Positions 1-9,582 of a DNA stretch of 64,000 nt are shown piece by piece. Position numbers and translations under genes: made by a program. Below the pieces are notes generated by a model that searched no databases, was not told the origin of the DNA, and saw nothing but the letters and a program-made list of their open reading frames with translations. This DNA comes from an uncultured archaeon. GTDB lineage: Archaea > Asgardarchaeota > Lokiarchaeia > Sigyniarchaeales > SOKP01. Position 1 is the first letter of the stretch. Each line of letters opens with the position of its first letter. The stretch lies in NCBI GenBank assembly GCA_964388035.1, contig CAYLZE010000003.1, forward strand, positions 1 to 64,000, written 5' to 3'.

Positions 1-1
1 A

Positions 2-190
2 ATTAACTCTGCAGTTATTATACTTAGATATTTTGGAGGCACAAAACTCGGGACAGGAGGACTTGTCCGTGCTTATAGTGATGCAGTGAACTTAGTTTTT
101 GATTCTGCAGTTTTTTACGAGTATAAAAAAGAGAGTACTCAAACTATTGAAATAGAGTATAGTGATAAGACTTATAGAGTATGCATGTGA
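2..190 (+). pseudogene. yigZ: YigZ/IMPACT-family protein fragment, bacterial type, running off the window start and frameshifted near 165
   Basis: Frame 2 reads INSAVIILRYFGGTKLGTGGLVRAYSDAV, which contains the YigZ signature RYFGGxKLGxGGLVRAY. It appears to continue in another frame as IRLIEYACEELGL. Confidence 0.75.
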
Positions 191-299
191 AGAATTAGGT
201 CTAAAACCTGCTCCTGCATCTAACCAAGTTATCCAACGTGATAGATATGCAAGACTAGCAACTGCTTTAGCACTTATGGCAAGCTCGATTGAAAAGTTT
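186..299 (+). other. purB: Internal fragment of adenylosuccinate lyase (PurB-like)
   Basis: CEELGLKPAPASNQVIQRDRYARLATALALMASSIEKF matches the PurB segment LGL-x-P..S[NT]QVIQRDR..LALxASSxEK. The rest of PurB is absent. Confidence 0.7.
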
Positions 300-821
300 G
301 AGACTCATTTTAAAAGAATGGGTATTCTGGATGATGCTATAAAGAGAATATTCAATCCCCCTTTAACAGAAATGATGATAAATGTTGGAAGATTGACACG
401 TTATTCGGAAGATTGGTATACGATACTTACCTCTTTAGGACTTTGTGCTCGGGCCCAGATGAATCGATTTTATAATCTTAAATTAGTTCTAGACCTGTAT
501 AATTCTATTACAGGTTTCGATTTAATTGAACATGATTTGCTCCTCGCTTCAGAACGTAGTTGGAATTTGCTTAAAATTTTGAATTCTAAGGAGCAATTTT
601 CTAAAAAAGATGATAATTTTCCCAAAAACTGGTTTAAGCCTTTAAAATATGGCGATACCATGCTTCAATTAAAGGATTTTTTAGGGGAGACTAAAATATC
701 TGAAAAAATCGCACTCGAGCTACTCGAAAATTATTATGACGAGCGAGGTTGGGATATCACAACAGGAATTCCAACTTTAAAAAAGATTAAACAGCTAAAT
801 TTGGAACAATATTTATCATAA
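291..821 (+). CDS. C-terminal part of an aldehyde:ferredoxin oxidoreductase (AOR family); 5' part missing
   Basis: SLGLC, the LYNSITG/ERSWNL region and the C-terminal YYDERGWD..TGIPT..KIKQLNL motif are typical of AOR C-domains. Confidence 0.75.
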   Translation, partial: EKFETHFKRMGILDDAIKRIFNPPLTEMMINVGRLTRYSEDWYTILTSLGLCARAQMNRFYNLKLVLDLYNSITGFDLIEHDLLLASERSWNLLKILNSKEQFSKKDDNFPKNWFKPLKYGDTMLQLKDFLGETKISEKIALELLENYYDERGWDITTGIPTLKKIKQLNLEQYLS

Positions 822-878
822 ACTAGTTTTGTGAAAATATAATTCCGACATTATTAATAATTTTTTACCGAAAGATTT

Positions 879-906
879 TTACGTAGTGCATATATGTAAC
901 ACGTAA
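879..906. promoter_or_regulatory. Imperfect 28-bp palindrome abutting a BRE/TATA-like element upstream of ORF 939
   Basis: ttacgtagtgcata|tatgtaacacgtaa, with 11 of 14 positions paired; preceded by ccgaaagattttta. Confidence 0.35.
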
Positions 907-938
907 CACAAAGCATATTAAGAAGATGATAAATTAAA

Positions 939-1262
939 ATGGCAGATATCCAAACCCAATTAAAAGATCATTTAAAAAATGCCAATGATTGGGAACAAAT
1001 GGAAACCCCAATTCCAGGTGTTTTTGTCGTGAAAGTACCAGCAAGTAAAACAAGACCCGCCATGTTATTTTTAGAGATTAATCCTCTAAAGGATGGGCGA
1101 CCCATGAAACGCAAGGGATTATTTATTTCAGATTACGAAATGCTGATAAAATTTAGTGAGTCATTAAATGATGATAACACTCTTAAATTAATCAAGGAAC
1201 TCGAGCAAGTAAATCCGAAAGAAGCAAAGTCAAATGGAAGTTCCAAAAAATTGAAAATGTAA
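939..1262 (+). CDS. Conserved archaeal hypothetical protein, small and basic
   Basis: 107-aa ORF with DWEQMETPIPGVFVVKVP and LEINP..GRPMKRKGLFI, resembling a small archaeal family of unknown function. Confidence 0.6.
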   Translation: MADIQTQLKDHLKNANDWEQMETPIPGVFVVKVPASKTRPAMLFLEINPLKDGRPMKRKGLFISDYEMLIKFSESLNDDNTLKLIKELEQVNPKEAKSNGSSKKLKM

Positions 1263-1357
1263 AAAAACAACTTTACATTGTTACTTTCAATTTAAAAGGG
1301 TTTAAAAAATAGTTAAAAGAGAGTAAAAGAAACAAATTTATTGTTGGAATTAGAAAA

Positions 1358-2257
1358 TTAAATTTTATTATCTTTAAGCAACTCAGATGCTTCTTTTTTA
1401 AGATCCACGGAGTCACGCCACTCTTGAATTTGATCGATTTCCTCCTTTTGAATTTCATAACTATACTCTGGCGAAGGATAAATTCCTGATTCAACTTCTT
1501 TTTTATAATCATTAATGGCATCTTTAATTGCTATTCCTATATTTCCAAAATATTTCAAGAATTTTGGTTTGAATTCCGTGAAAATACCTAGCATGTCATG
1601 AATAACTAAAATTTGTCCATCACAATAAGGTCCTGCTCCAATTCCTATAGTAGGGATGTCAACATTTTCTGTAATTATTTTTGCTAATTGCCATGGGATA
1701 CTTTCTAATACAATTGAAAATACTCCCGCTTTTTGAAGGTTGATAGCATCCATGATAAGTTTCTTTGCAGCATTTATTGTCTTTCCTTGTACCATGAATC
1801 CGCCAAATCCGTAAATAGCTTGAGGAGTAAGTCCAATATGTCCCATTACTTGAATATCGGCTTTCAATAATTTTTTAATAAGAGGACAAATTTCGGTTCC
1901 GCCTTCAATTTTCACCGCTTCAGCTCCCCCCTCTTGAATGAATCTTCCCGCATTGTAAATAGCATCTTTATTATCCACTTTATAGGATAGAAAAGGCATA
2001 TCTCCCACGATCAATGCATTAGATACCCCCCGGGATACGGCTTTAGTATGATGAATCATTTCATCGATTGTAACTGAGAGCGTATTTTTATAGCCAAGCA
2101 TCACCATGGATAATGAATCACCTACTAATATTAAATCTATTCCGGATTCATCCACTAATTTTGCCATGGAGTAATCATAAGAAGTAAGCGTGACAATTTT
2201 TTCTCTTTTTTTTTTCTTCTCTTGAATCTTTTTTATCGTTACTTTTTGAAGTGACAT
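1358..2257 (-). CDS. panB: 3-methyl-2-oxobutanoate hydroxymethyltransferase
   Basis: [43 protein letters not shown]. Confidence 0.97.
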   Translation of the reverse strand: MSLQKVTIKKIQEKKKKREKIVTLTSYDYSMAKLVDESGIDLILVGDSLSMVMLGYKNTLSVTIDEMIHHTKAVSRGVSNALIVGDMPFLSYKVDNKDAIYNAGRFIQEGGAEAVKIEGGTEICPLIKKLLKADIQVMGHIGLTPQAIYGFGGFMVQGKTINAAKKLIMDAINLQKAGVFSIVLESIPWQLAKIITENVDIPTIGIGAGPYCDGQILVIHDMLGIFTEFKPKFLKYFGNIGIAIKDAINDYKKEVESGIYPSPEYSYEIQKEEIDQIQEWRDSVDLKKEASELLKDNKI

Positions 2258-2596
2258 TTTTCTACCTGTATTTCCTTGAAATAATAATTTTTAAGAAATT
2301 ATTTTTATACTTTTTAATAATTGGTAATAACTCTGAATTCTTCAAAAATTTAACCGAATTGCCCATTATTTAGAAAAATAATATATTAATCATTAAGAAA
2401 CATGTTAAGAAATGAAAAGGAATTTATCATTTTTCCCTCGCATGATCTGTTCAAATTTAATTACATTTAATAGGTTTTTTTAGTATCTTAATTTCATGCC
2501 AGATTTTAAAGCTTAAAATTTAAAATCAAGTTGTTTTATATTTTATTTAAAGATACTTAAAAAATATTGAAAGAATCTAAAGAGTAAGGTGTCGTT

Positions 2597-2881
2597 ATGG
2601 GAGTAGAATTTGATGGAAAACATTGCTCTGAATGCGGATCAGCTGGGCCTTTTCGCAATGTGGTTGATGAATGGATGAAGAGAACGTTTCGTTTTGTTGA
2701 AAAAGGGCAACTTAAGATGTGTGAGGCCTGCGGGGCGAAATATTTAGTATGCGAGAAATGTGGTGCACTCTACACTAGAGTCCATCCCGCATTAGAACAA
2801 TGGGAAGTAAGTCGAAGTTGTCCGGTGTGTGGTCACGTGGATCCCGAAGTGAAAGCATGGGATGGGGTTTCAGCTCGCTAG
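2597..2881 (+). CDS. Small multi-zinc-ribbon protein
   Basis: Four CxxC pairs (CSEC, CEAC, CEKC, CPVC) in 94 aa; RBS-like aaggtg upstream. Confidence 0.75.
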   Translation: MGVEFDGKHCSECGSAGPFRNVVDEWMKRTFRFVEKGQLKMCEACGAKYLVCEKCGALYTRVHPALEQWEVSRSCPVCGHVDPEVKAWDGVSAR

Positions 2882-3187
2882 ATTTAGAGATCGAGAGAAT
2901 TCAAAAATTCAAAATTGAAGTCATGTAACCTTAAGGAATTTGAAAAGATGTCATATATTATCCTGAGAATTTAAATAGAGATATTTTTCTTTCCTTTCCT
3001 TTTTTTTTACCTTTTTTTCCCATTTTTAAACATAAAATTAGGAATTTATAAAATCATTAATCGAATTAATGTATCGAACCAAAATTAAGAACTAACTAGC
3101 AAGAAAATTTAATATATTACTAATATATATAAAGTTAAACTTGCATATATTAAAGGAATACATGTTTTCTTGCAGTGGAAATTTAAT

Positions 3188-3652
3188 ATGAATGACATTA
3201 AAATTAAAATAGCTTCCCCTGATGATATTGATTCTTTGCGGGAATTAACCAAGCAGTTAGTAGAAGGATTAGAGCAAAAGTTTGAAGAAAAAAGATTTGA
3301 TTGGGGCATTACTCGAAGACTTTATGATCCCTTACAGCGTCTGGGCATTCTAATTGCTAAAGATGAGAAATCTAATGATGTAGTGGGAATGATCATTGCG
3401 GAATTACGAATTGATCCCTTTGGGAGTTCTGAAGGTTATATAAAGCAATTTTTTCTCAAGAAAGAATTTCGTAGTCAAGGGCTCGGGTTATTATTGCTTA
3501 AAAAAGCTCTCGAACATTTAAAAAAAATAAAGGTTGAAAAGGTAAAGGTAAACATTCGAGAAGAAGCAAAGCACGCATCAGATCTTTATAATAAAATGAA
3601 ATTTAAAAAAGCGTATGAAGTCTTGGAATTAGATTTAACAAAAGATTTTTAA
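3188..3652 (+). CDS. GNAT-family N-acetyltransferase
   Basis: Acetyl-CoA motif FRSQGLG and C-terminal ASDLYNKMKF; probable ATG at 3188; stop lies 1 nt before the rfcS ATG. Confidence 0.85.
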   Translation: MNDIKIKIASPDDIDSLRELTKQLVEGLEQKFEEKRFDWGITRRLYDPLQRLGILIAKDEKSNDVVGMIIAELRIDPFGSSEGYIKQFFLKKEFRSQGLGLLLLKKALEHLKKIKVEKVKVNIREEAKHASDLYNKMKFKKAYEVLELDLTKDF

Positions 3653-3653
3653 A

Positions 3654-4637
3654 ATGAGCGTCGATCTGGAAACCCCCTGGGTGGAAAAGTACCGTCCTAA
3701 GACATTTGACGATATTGTAAGTCAAAATATGGCTATCAGTAATATAAAAGAATTTATTAAAAGCAATGATATGCCTCACATGATTTTTACGGGCCCTGCG
3801 GGTACCGGTAAGACGAGCACAGCTCTAATAATTGCCAAAGAGATAATAGGAAAAGAAAATCTTTATAGTTCTTTATTGGAATTAAATGCATCCGATACGG
3901 TGAGAATGGATTACGTGCGCTCTGTACTCAAGAATTTCATTACTCAGAGCTTAAATGCGGAGAAAAAAGCGGTTAAGGTTGTATTATTGGATGAGGCAGA
4001 TAATATCCCGACCCAAGTACAACAAGCATTGAGAAGGATGATTGAACAAGCCTCAGGCAATGTTAAATTTATTTTGATGTGTAATTACATTAATAAAATT
4101 ATTGATCCTATCATTTCAAGATGTGCTGTATTTCGTTTTGTACACCTACCTAAAGATTATATCATTACCCAGTTAAAATTTATTTCTAAAAAGGAGGGAT
4201 TGAAGATTCCTGAGGTTAAAAAAGATAAGTTTTTCGAGTCTCTTTATTTTATTTCTGCCGGGGATCTTAGAAAAGCCATAAATACCTTACAAATGTCTGT
4301 AGCGTTAGATTTGATACAAGATCTTGATGTTAATGAAATTTTGAATATATCAGGATTCATGAATGAAAAAAAACTTCAAAAATTAAAATTAGCTTGTGAA
4401 AAGATTGATTTAGCAAGCATTAGAGAGATTTTATATTCAACGGCTCATCTGGATAGCAGGAATTTCATCCGTCAAGTAACGAATTTAATCTTAGAGTTTA
4501 AAAGTCTTAATAATTATAATTTGGCCAAATTAAAAGCAGTAATCGGGGATGTAGATTATCGTATTAGCCAAGGAAGTGATGAAAAACTTCAATTCATGGC
4601 GATCTTCGCCGAAATCATGCTTTGTTTTCAAAATTAG
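3654..4637 (+). CDS. rfcS: Replication factor C small subunit
   Basis: PWVEKYRP, Walker A GPAGTGKT, LELNASD, Walker B LDEAD, arginine finger SRC, GDLRKAIN. Confidence 0.95.
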   Translation: MSVDLETPWVEKYRPKTFDDIVSQNMAISNIKEFIKSNDMPHMIFTGPAGTGKTSTALIIAKEIIGKENLYSSLLELNASDTVRMDYVRSVLKNFITQSLNAEKKAVKVVLLDEADNIPTQVQQALRRMIEQASGNVKFILMCNYINKIIDPIISRCAVFRFVHLPKDYIITQLKFISKKEGLKIPEVKKDKFFESLYFISAGDLRKAINTLQMSVALDLIQDLDVNEILNISGFMNEKKLQKLKLACEKIDLASIREILYSTAHLDSRNFIRQVTNLILEFKSLNNYNLAKLKAVIGDVDYRISQGSDEKLQFMAIFAEIMLCFQN

Positions 4638-4686
4638 GAATATATTTTTTTGCACCTAGAATCCAACGTGAGTTACCAAGAGGAAA

Positions 4687-5739
4687 TTGAACATGACTGA
4701 AGAGATACCCATTTGGAGAATAAAATATCTTCCAAAAAATCTAGAGGAAATTTGCGGGAGAGAAGATATTATCGATCGGCTTAAAAAAATAATTCAAGAA
4801 AAGAATTTCCCACATTTATTGTTTGTCGGAACGAACGGTGTAGGTAAGACAACCATCGCAGAATTGTTCTCTAAAGAATTCCTGGGTGAATTTTTTGATG
4901 CTAATTACAAATTAGTTCATGCAGATGTTCCTTTAACTTCAGAAGAAAGGCAACATGCACGCACGGATTCCTATGTTTCTACAACCCGGATTGGGAGCAT
5001 GGCAGGAAAAACATTAACCATGCCCGCCTTTATTCAAGTTAAAGTTAAACCCTTTGTGGAACTCAAAGCTTTTGGCGAGGTTCCTTTTAAAATATTGGTT
5101 GTGAAAAACTTTGAAGCATTAGGGTCCAATCAACAAGGATTTAGGCGATTGATGGAAATATATGGTTCTAACTGCAGGATGATAATAATAACGACGAAAG
5201 TATCGGGAATTATTGATCCTATCCTAAGTCGCTGCCAATTATTCATCATTTCCCAAGTTTCCTATGAATCTTTTAAGCGCTATATCCATGCCATCATTGA
5301 AAAAGAACAATTGAAGGTTAAAGAAGATGTAATAGAAATCTTGTATCAGATTTCTAAAGGGAACATTTCTCATGCATTAGACCAATTACAATTAGCAAGC
5401 ATTAGTGGAAATGAAATCGACTCTAACATGATCTATGAAAATTATAAAAAATACCAGAATAAAGAGGTAAAGGAACTTCTATTACTCATGATAAAAGGAG
5501 ATTTTAAGGAAGCGAGAAACAAAGCGAGAGAGATAATTTCAAGCTATAAATATAGCATGAAGGAGATTCTCTTTCAAATTCTTCAAGAAATAAACAAATT
5601 ACCTATATCACGATTTGCAAAAATTAAATTAATTGATGTAATTGCAGAAATAGACCTTAGATCTATTGATGGGCAAGATTCTGATATTCAATTATCTGCC
5701 TTAATATCTAAAATAAGTACATTTTCTGAAAGTTTGTGA
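4687..5739 (+). CDS. Second, divergent RFC small subunit (RFC-S2-like, degenerate Walker B)
   Basis: IWRIKYLP, Walker A GTNGVGKT, Walker B replaced by VVKNFEAL, FRRLMEIY, SRC retained. Confidence 0.85.
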   Translation: MNMTEEIPIWRIKYLPKNLEEICGREDIIDRLKKIIQEKNFPHLLFVGTNGVGKTTIAELFSKEFLGEFFDANYKLVHADVPLTSEERQHARTDSYVSTTRIGSMAGKTLTMPAFIQVKVKPFVELKAFGEVPFKILVVKNFEALGSNQQGFRRLMEIYGSNCRMIIITTKVSGIIDPILSRCQLFIISQVSYESFKRYIHAIIEKEQLKVKEDVIEILYQISKGNISHALDQLQLASISGNEIDSNMIYENYKKYQNKEVKELLLLMIKGDFKEARNKAREIISSYKYSMKEILFQILQEINKLPISRFAKIKLIDVIAEIDLRSIDGQDSDIQLSALISKISTFSESL

Positions 5740-7100
5740 TTATCATGGAAAAACAAGGAGATAATATGCCATGGGTCGAAAAATATCGCCCTAAAAGTAT
5801 TAAAGAAATGGCTCTTCCGGTTGCTCGTATCAATAGACAACGCGTTAATTTAGCAGAAACCTTGATGGATTTTATTAATTCTTTTTTCAAAGAAATGGAA
5901 AGAATAAATGAGGAAAATAAAAAAATTAAAGCTTTTAACCGAACAGCAACGAAAAAAGAGCAAAAAAATATCATTAAACTAGCCCCTGACAAAGCCGCGG
6001 TATTATTAGAAGGTCCTCCCGGCATTGGAAAAACTTCTATTGTTTATGCACTTGCAAATGATCTTAACATGGAGGTAATTGAGACGAATGCATCTGAAAC
6101 CAGAACCAGGGAATCTCTCGAAAATAGATTAAAGGAAACCACGAAATCTAGAGGGATTATCGATTTTATCAAAGAAACGAGGCGAAAATTAATATTAATT
6201 GATGAAATCGATGGAATTTATGGCGTTAAAGATAGAGGAGCAGTCCCCGCCATCAAAGATATGATAGAAGAAACGCAATTTCCAATTATCATGTGTAGTA
6301 ATGAATATAAACAGAGTTTACAACCGATCTATAACATGATAAAAAGATTTGAAGTATTACCCCTTTCAAAAGAGGAGATTTTAAAAATCACTCAAAACAT
6401 CATCAAGAAGGAAAACATCCGTTCACTTACAAACAAGGATTTAGAGTTAATTATTGATAAGAATGACGGAGATCTGAGAGGTATAATAAATGATTTACAA
6501 GGGATGAACCTTGAAGTAAAAGACGAGGATAAAAGTCAGTTTATTAAGAGCTTAAATCGAAATAGTACCAAGGAAATTTTTACGCTAATTCGAGAATTAT
6601 TTCAAGAGGTAAATTCTTTAAAAGAAGCAAGGGATTTAACGGATAAATCTGACGTAGATTATAACTTCTTATATAAATGGGTGAATGAAAATTTACCATC
6701 CTTTACCGTTAATAATGCTGAGATAGCCGAGGCCATGGAAAATTTATCGCTTGCCGATGAGATTTTTGGAAGGATCAGAAAAAACATGGAATGGTCACTC
6801 TTACCCTATTTTTTTGATTTATTCTCAGGTGGGGTAGCTTTATCAATTGATAAAGCACATAAATCAAAAGGATTCCGAAAAGTTACCTTTCCTAGATATG
6901 TGACTTCCGGTTCCCTTAGTGCCGCAGAACAAGATTTGATCAATAAAATCAAACTTAAATATGATATTTCTGATAATGAAATCATTCAAGATTTTTTGCC
7001 ATTTTTAAAATTATTGAGCAATTCATCCCGAAAAATGTTAAAAGAAATCAGCGAATGGTTCGATTTGGATGCGAGAGAAAAAAAGAAAATCACGATATAA
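5736..7100 (+). CDS. rfcL: Replication factor C large subunit
   Basis: PWVEKYRP, GPPGIGKT, IETNASE, LIDEIDG, GDLRGIINDLQ, WVNENLP; no SRC motif, as expected for the large subunit. Confidence 0.92.
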   Translation: MIIMEKQGDNMPWVEKYRPKSIKEMALPVARINRQRVNLAETLMDFINSFFKEMERINEENKKIKAFNRTATKKEQKNIIKLAPDKAAVLLEGPPGIGKTSIVYALANDLNMEVIETNASETRTRESLENRLKETTKSRGIIDFIKETRRKLILIDEIDGIYGVKDRGAVPAIKDMIEETQFPIIMCSNEYKQSLQPIYNMIKRFEVLPLSKEEILKITQNIIKKENIRSLTNKDLELIIDKNDGDLRGIINDLQGMNLEVKDEDKSQFIKSLNRNSTKEIFTLIRELFQEVNSLKEARDLTDKSDVDYNFLYKWVNENLPSFTVNNAEIAEAMENLSLADEIFGRIRKNMEWSLLPYFFDLFSGGVALSIDKAHKSKGFRKVTFPRYVTSGSLSAAEQDLINKIKLKYDISDNEIIQDFLPFLKLLSNSSRKMLKEISEWFDLDAREKKKITI

Positions 7101-7155
7101 CCTTTAAAATTTAGCCATCTATTTTTTACAATACCTTAAGTTCATTAATCCTTAT

Positions 7156-8130
7156 ATGACAAGAACAAGAATTTTGTTGACGGGTGCTTCTGGTACAGTC
7201 GGATTTGAAACTTTTAAAAAATTACTCGCTGAAAATAATAGATATCTAATCAGGATATTTGTTAGAGGATCAAAAAAAAACAGGAAATTATTTAAACCAT
7301 ATGAAGATAAAATTGAGACAATCTGGGGGGATATTCAAGATTATGAAGCAACTAAAAAAGCAATCGAAAATCAAGAAATTATCATTCATGCTGCAGCCGT
7401 CATACCTCCGTTAGCTTATGAAAAACCTGATTACACTAAAAAGGTTAATTATGGTGGGACTAAAAATTTAATAAGAGCAGCTAAAAAACTAAATGAAAAA
7501 ATAAAGATCATCTATACTTCTTCAATTGTTATCTATGGAGATAGATTAAAGAATCCTTTCATTAAGATTAATGATCCTCCCAATCCGAATGATGTGTATG
7601 GGGAAACAAAGCTCAAATCTGAAAATTTAATCAAACAATCGGGATATGAATATTTGATCTTCAGACTTTCTTATATCCCGTCTGTTAATACCTTGAAATT
7701 TGACCCTGTAATGTTTCGCATGCCTCTCAATACACCAATCGAAATAATTGATCCCAGAGATACAGCAAAAGCAATCCTAAATGCTATAAACAAGAAAGAA
7801 GTTTGGAATAAAACATATATTCTAGCAGGAGGCCCAAAAAATCGCATAATTTTTAAGAAATATTTAAATGACTTGTTAAAGATCATGGGGTTTGGTGATA
7901 ACTTTCTTCCAGAGGAAGCGTTTGCTAAAGAAGGTTTTAATTGCGGATATTGTGAAACCGGAGAAATTCAAGACTTATTGAAATTTCAGACTCATGACAT
8001 TAAAGATTTTTATGAACAAGTTAAGGATTGGATAGGGATTAAAAGATATTTCATTCCCTTGGTGAAATGGTTTATAAAAAAATATCTTCTCCATAAATCT
8101 AAAATTTATAAGAAACAATACTTGGAGTAA
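7156..8130 (+). CDS. Extended SDR / NAD-dependent epimerase-dehydratase (3-beta-HSD-like)
   Basis: TGASGTVG, HAAAVIPP, TSS, catalytic YGETK. Confidence 0.85.
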   Translation: MTRTRILLTGASGTVGFETFKKLLAENNRYLIRIFVRGSKKNRKLFKPYEDKIETIWGDIQDYEATKKAIENQEIIIHAAAVIPPLAYEKPDYTKKVNYGGTKNLIRAAKKLNEKIKIIYTSSIVIYGDRLKNPFIKINDPPNPNDVYGETKLKSENLIKQSGYEYLIFRLSYIPSVNTLKFDPVMFRMPLNTPIEIIDPRDTAKAILNAINKKEVWNKTYILAGGPKNRIIFKKYLNDLLKIMGFGDNFLPEEAFAKEGFNCGYCETGEIQDLLKFQTHDIKDFYEQVKDWIGIKRYFIPLVKWFIKKYLLHKSKIYKKQYLE

Positions 8131-8137
8131 ATCTTGC

Positions 8138-8896
8138 TCAAAAAATGAAAGGAATTAATGCCTTTCTCTTTTCTGGATAGTCAGAGAAATGATTTTTATA
8201 CCAGAGATGATTCGATCTCGCACGGGGGGCTAAATTTGCAAAAGTCCATGCCAAAAAGATAACTCCTGGAATGGACCATGTCATGATAGCCCATCCACCC
8301 CATTCAATGATTTCTCCAAGATAATTGGGACAGCTTACATATTTAAATAGACCCCCTTGGGGGATTTTATGGTTGGATTCATTGGGAGCTCTTAGATTTC
8401 TAATAATATGATCAGATTGTAGGTTTATAATAAACCCCACAAAAAACAAGATAATACCTCCTATAAAAAATGGAGTAAAAACCCATGTTATATTATAATC
8501 CTTCGAAAAAGTATTTACCCATCTTGATTGGATATAGGTATTCACACAATTAAAAAGCATGCCAAATAATATTATCGAAATGGGCATTTTATTACTTCCA
8601 CGAATCAAAAAAGGAAAAATAAATGCTCTTTGAATGTAATGTGTTTCCCAAATTATGAGAAAAATTATGGGTACTATTTTAACAGTTTTATTTCCAAGAA
8701 AAAAAAATAGTAAGTAAATAAACACCGTGGGGACTTCCATGATAAACCATCCGTATTTATTATTAATAATAGGCCCCCAATTTGTCCTTACATGCTTACC
8801 ATAAGGAGCAGAAATAAAAAAAAGGACAATAAATATGATTACACTGGCCAAACCAAAAGCAATTAAAAGTAAATCAAAAAATTCTACTTCATTCAT
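8138..8896 (-). CDS. 3-oxo-5-alpha-steroid 4-dehydrogenase (steroid 5-alpha-reductase, SRD5A/DET2 family)
   Basis: APYGKH, GWFIMEVP, HYIQRA, IPQGGLFKYVSCPNYLGEIIEW, NLAPRA..H.WY, RKALIPFIF. Confidence 0.92.
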   Translation of the reverse strand: MNEVEFFDLLLIAFGLASVIIFIVLFFISAPYGKHVRTNWGPIINNKYGWFIMEVPTVFIYLLFFFLGNKTVKIVPIIFLIIWETHYIQRAFIFPFLIRGSNKMPISIILFGMLFNCVNTYIQSRWVNTFSKDYNITWVFTPFFIGGIILFFVGFIINLQSDHIIRNLRAPNESNHKIPQGGLFKYVSCPNYLGEIIEWGGWAIMTWSIPGVIFLAWTFANLAPRARSNHLWYKNHFSDYPEKRKALIPFIF

Positions 8897-9146
8897 CGAT
8901 CTTGATAGTTTTGTTCCAATCTTTTTATAAAGATATCATTAGAAAATTTAGAAATTTTTAAAAATATAATCATTTATTATTGTTAAGGAAAGTTAACGAA
9001 TGATTCGAATTAGACCCGAAAGAAAAAAGTAAATAGACCAATAAAGGTTAAAAATAATAGTTCTTGGACCAATTTCATTCATAAAATTCTACAAATTGCT
9101 TTCTTTATAGTGTTTAATCGCAAAATAAATTTTCTATAGCTGAGTT

Positions 9147-9533
9147 TTATTTATTAAAATTCATCCAAAATTCTAAAAATAACACTCCAAAGAAAAGATC
9201 GACTCCAACTATTAATACCACGTAAATGTTTAACTCGTTCAAAAAGAAATAAATAAAAGGAAGCGAGAAAAAAATGAATTTTTCTACAACAAAAAATAAA
9301 GCTATGTCATGATATTTTTCTAGATTTCTACTAGTCATAAAGAAAAATATACCAAATAGCAACACCATAGCAACAACGAGATGAAACCACACGAAACTTG
9401 GGGGCCTCTCCATCCCAAATAAAGAAGTCATATCAGGAGCTAGGAGAGAAATTAATAAAAACATTATTCCAGCGAACCAATTCCATGATGCCGCAACATA
9501 AAATAAAATCTTATAATAATTATACTTGTTCAT
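9147..9533 (-). CDS. Small four-TM membrane protein
   Basis: 128 aa with four hydrophobic segments. Confidence 0.7.
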   Translation of the reverse strand: MNKYNYYKILFYVAASWNWFAGIMFLLISLLAPDMTSLFGMERPPSFVWFHLVVAMVLLFGIFFFMTSRNLEKYHDIALFFVVEKFIFFSLPFIYFFLNELNIYVVLIVGVDLFFGVLFLEFWMNFNK

Positions 9534-9582
9534 TTTTTATCATCTGAAATAATTGTGCATCCTTAATTAGCATGTAGAAAAA

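Noticed and set aside
162-821. 219-aa ORF as a single novel fusion protein
   Set aside because: It is composed of YigZ-, PurB- and AOR-derived pieces; a chimera is the simpler explanation.
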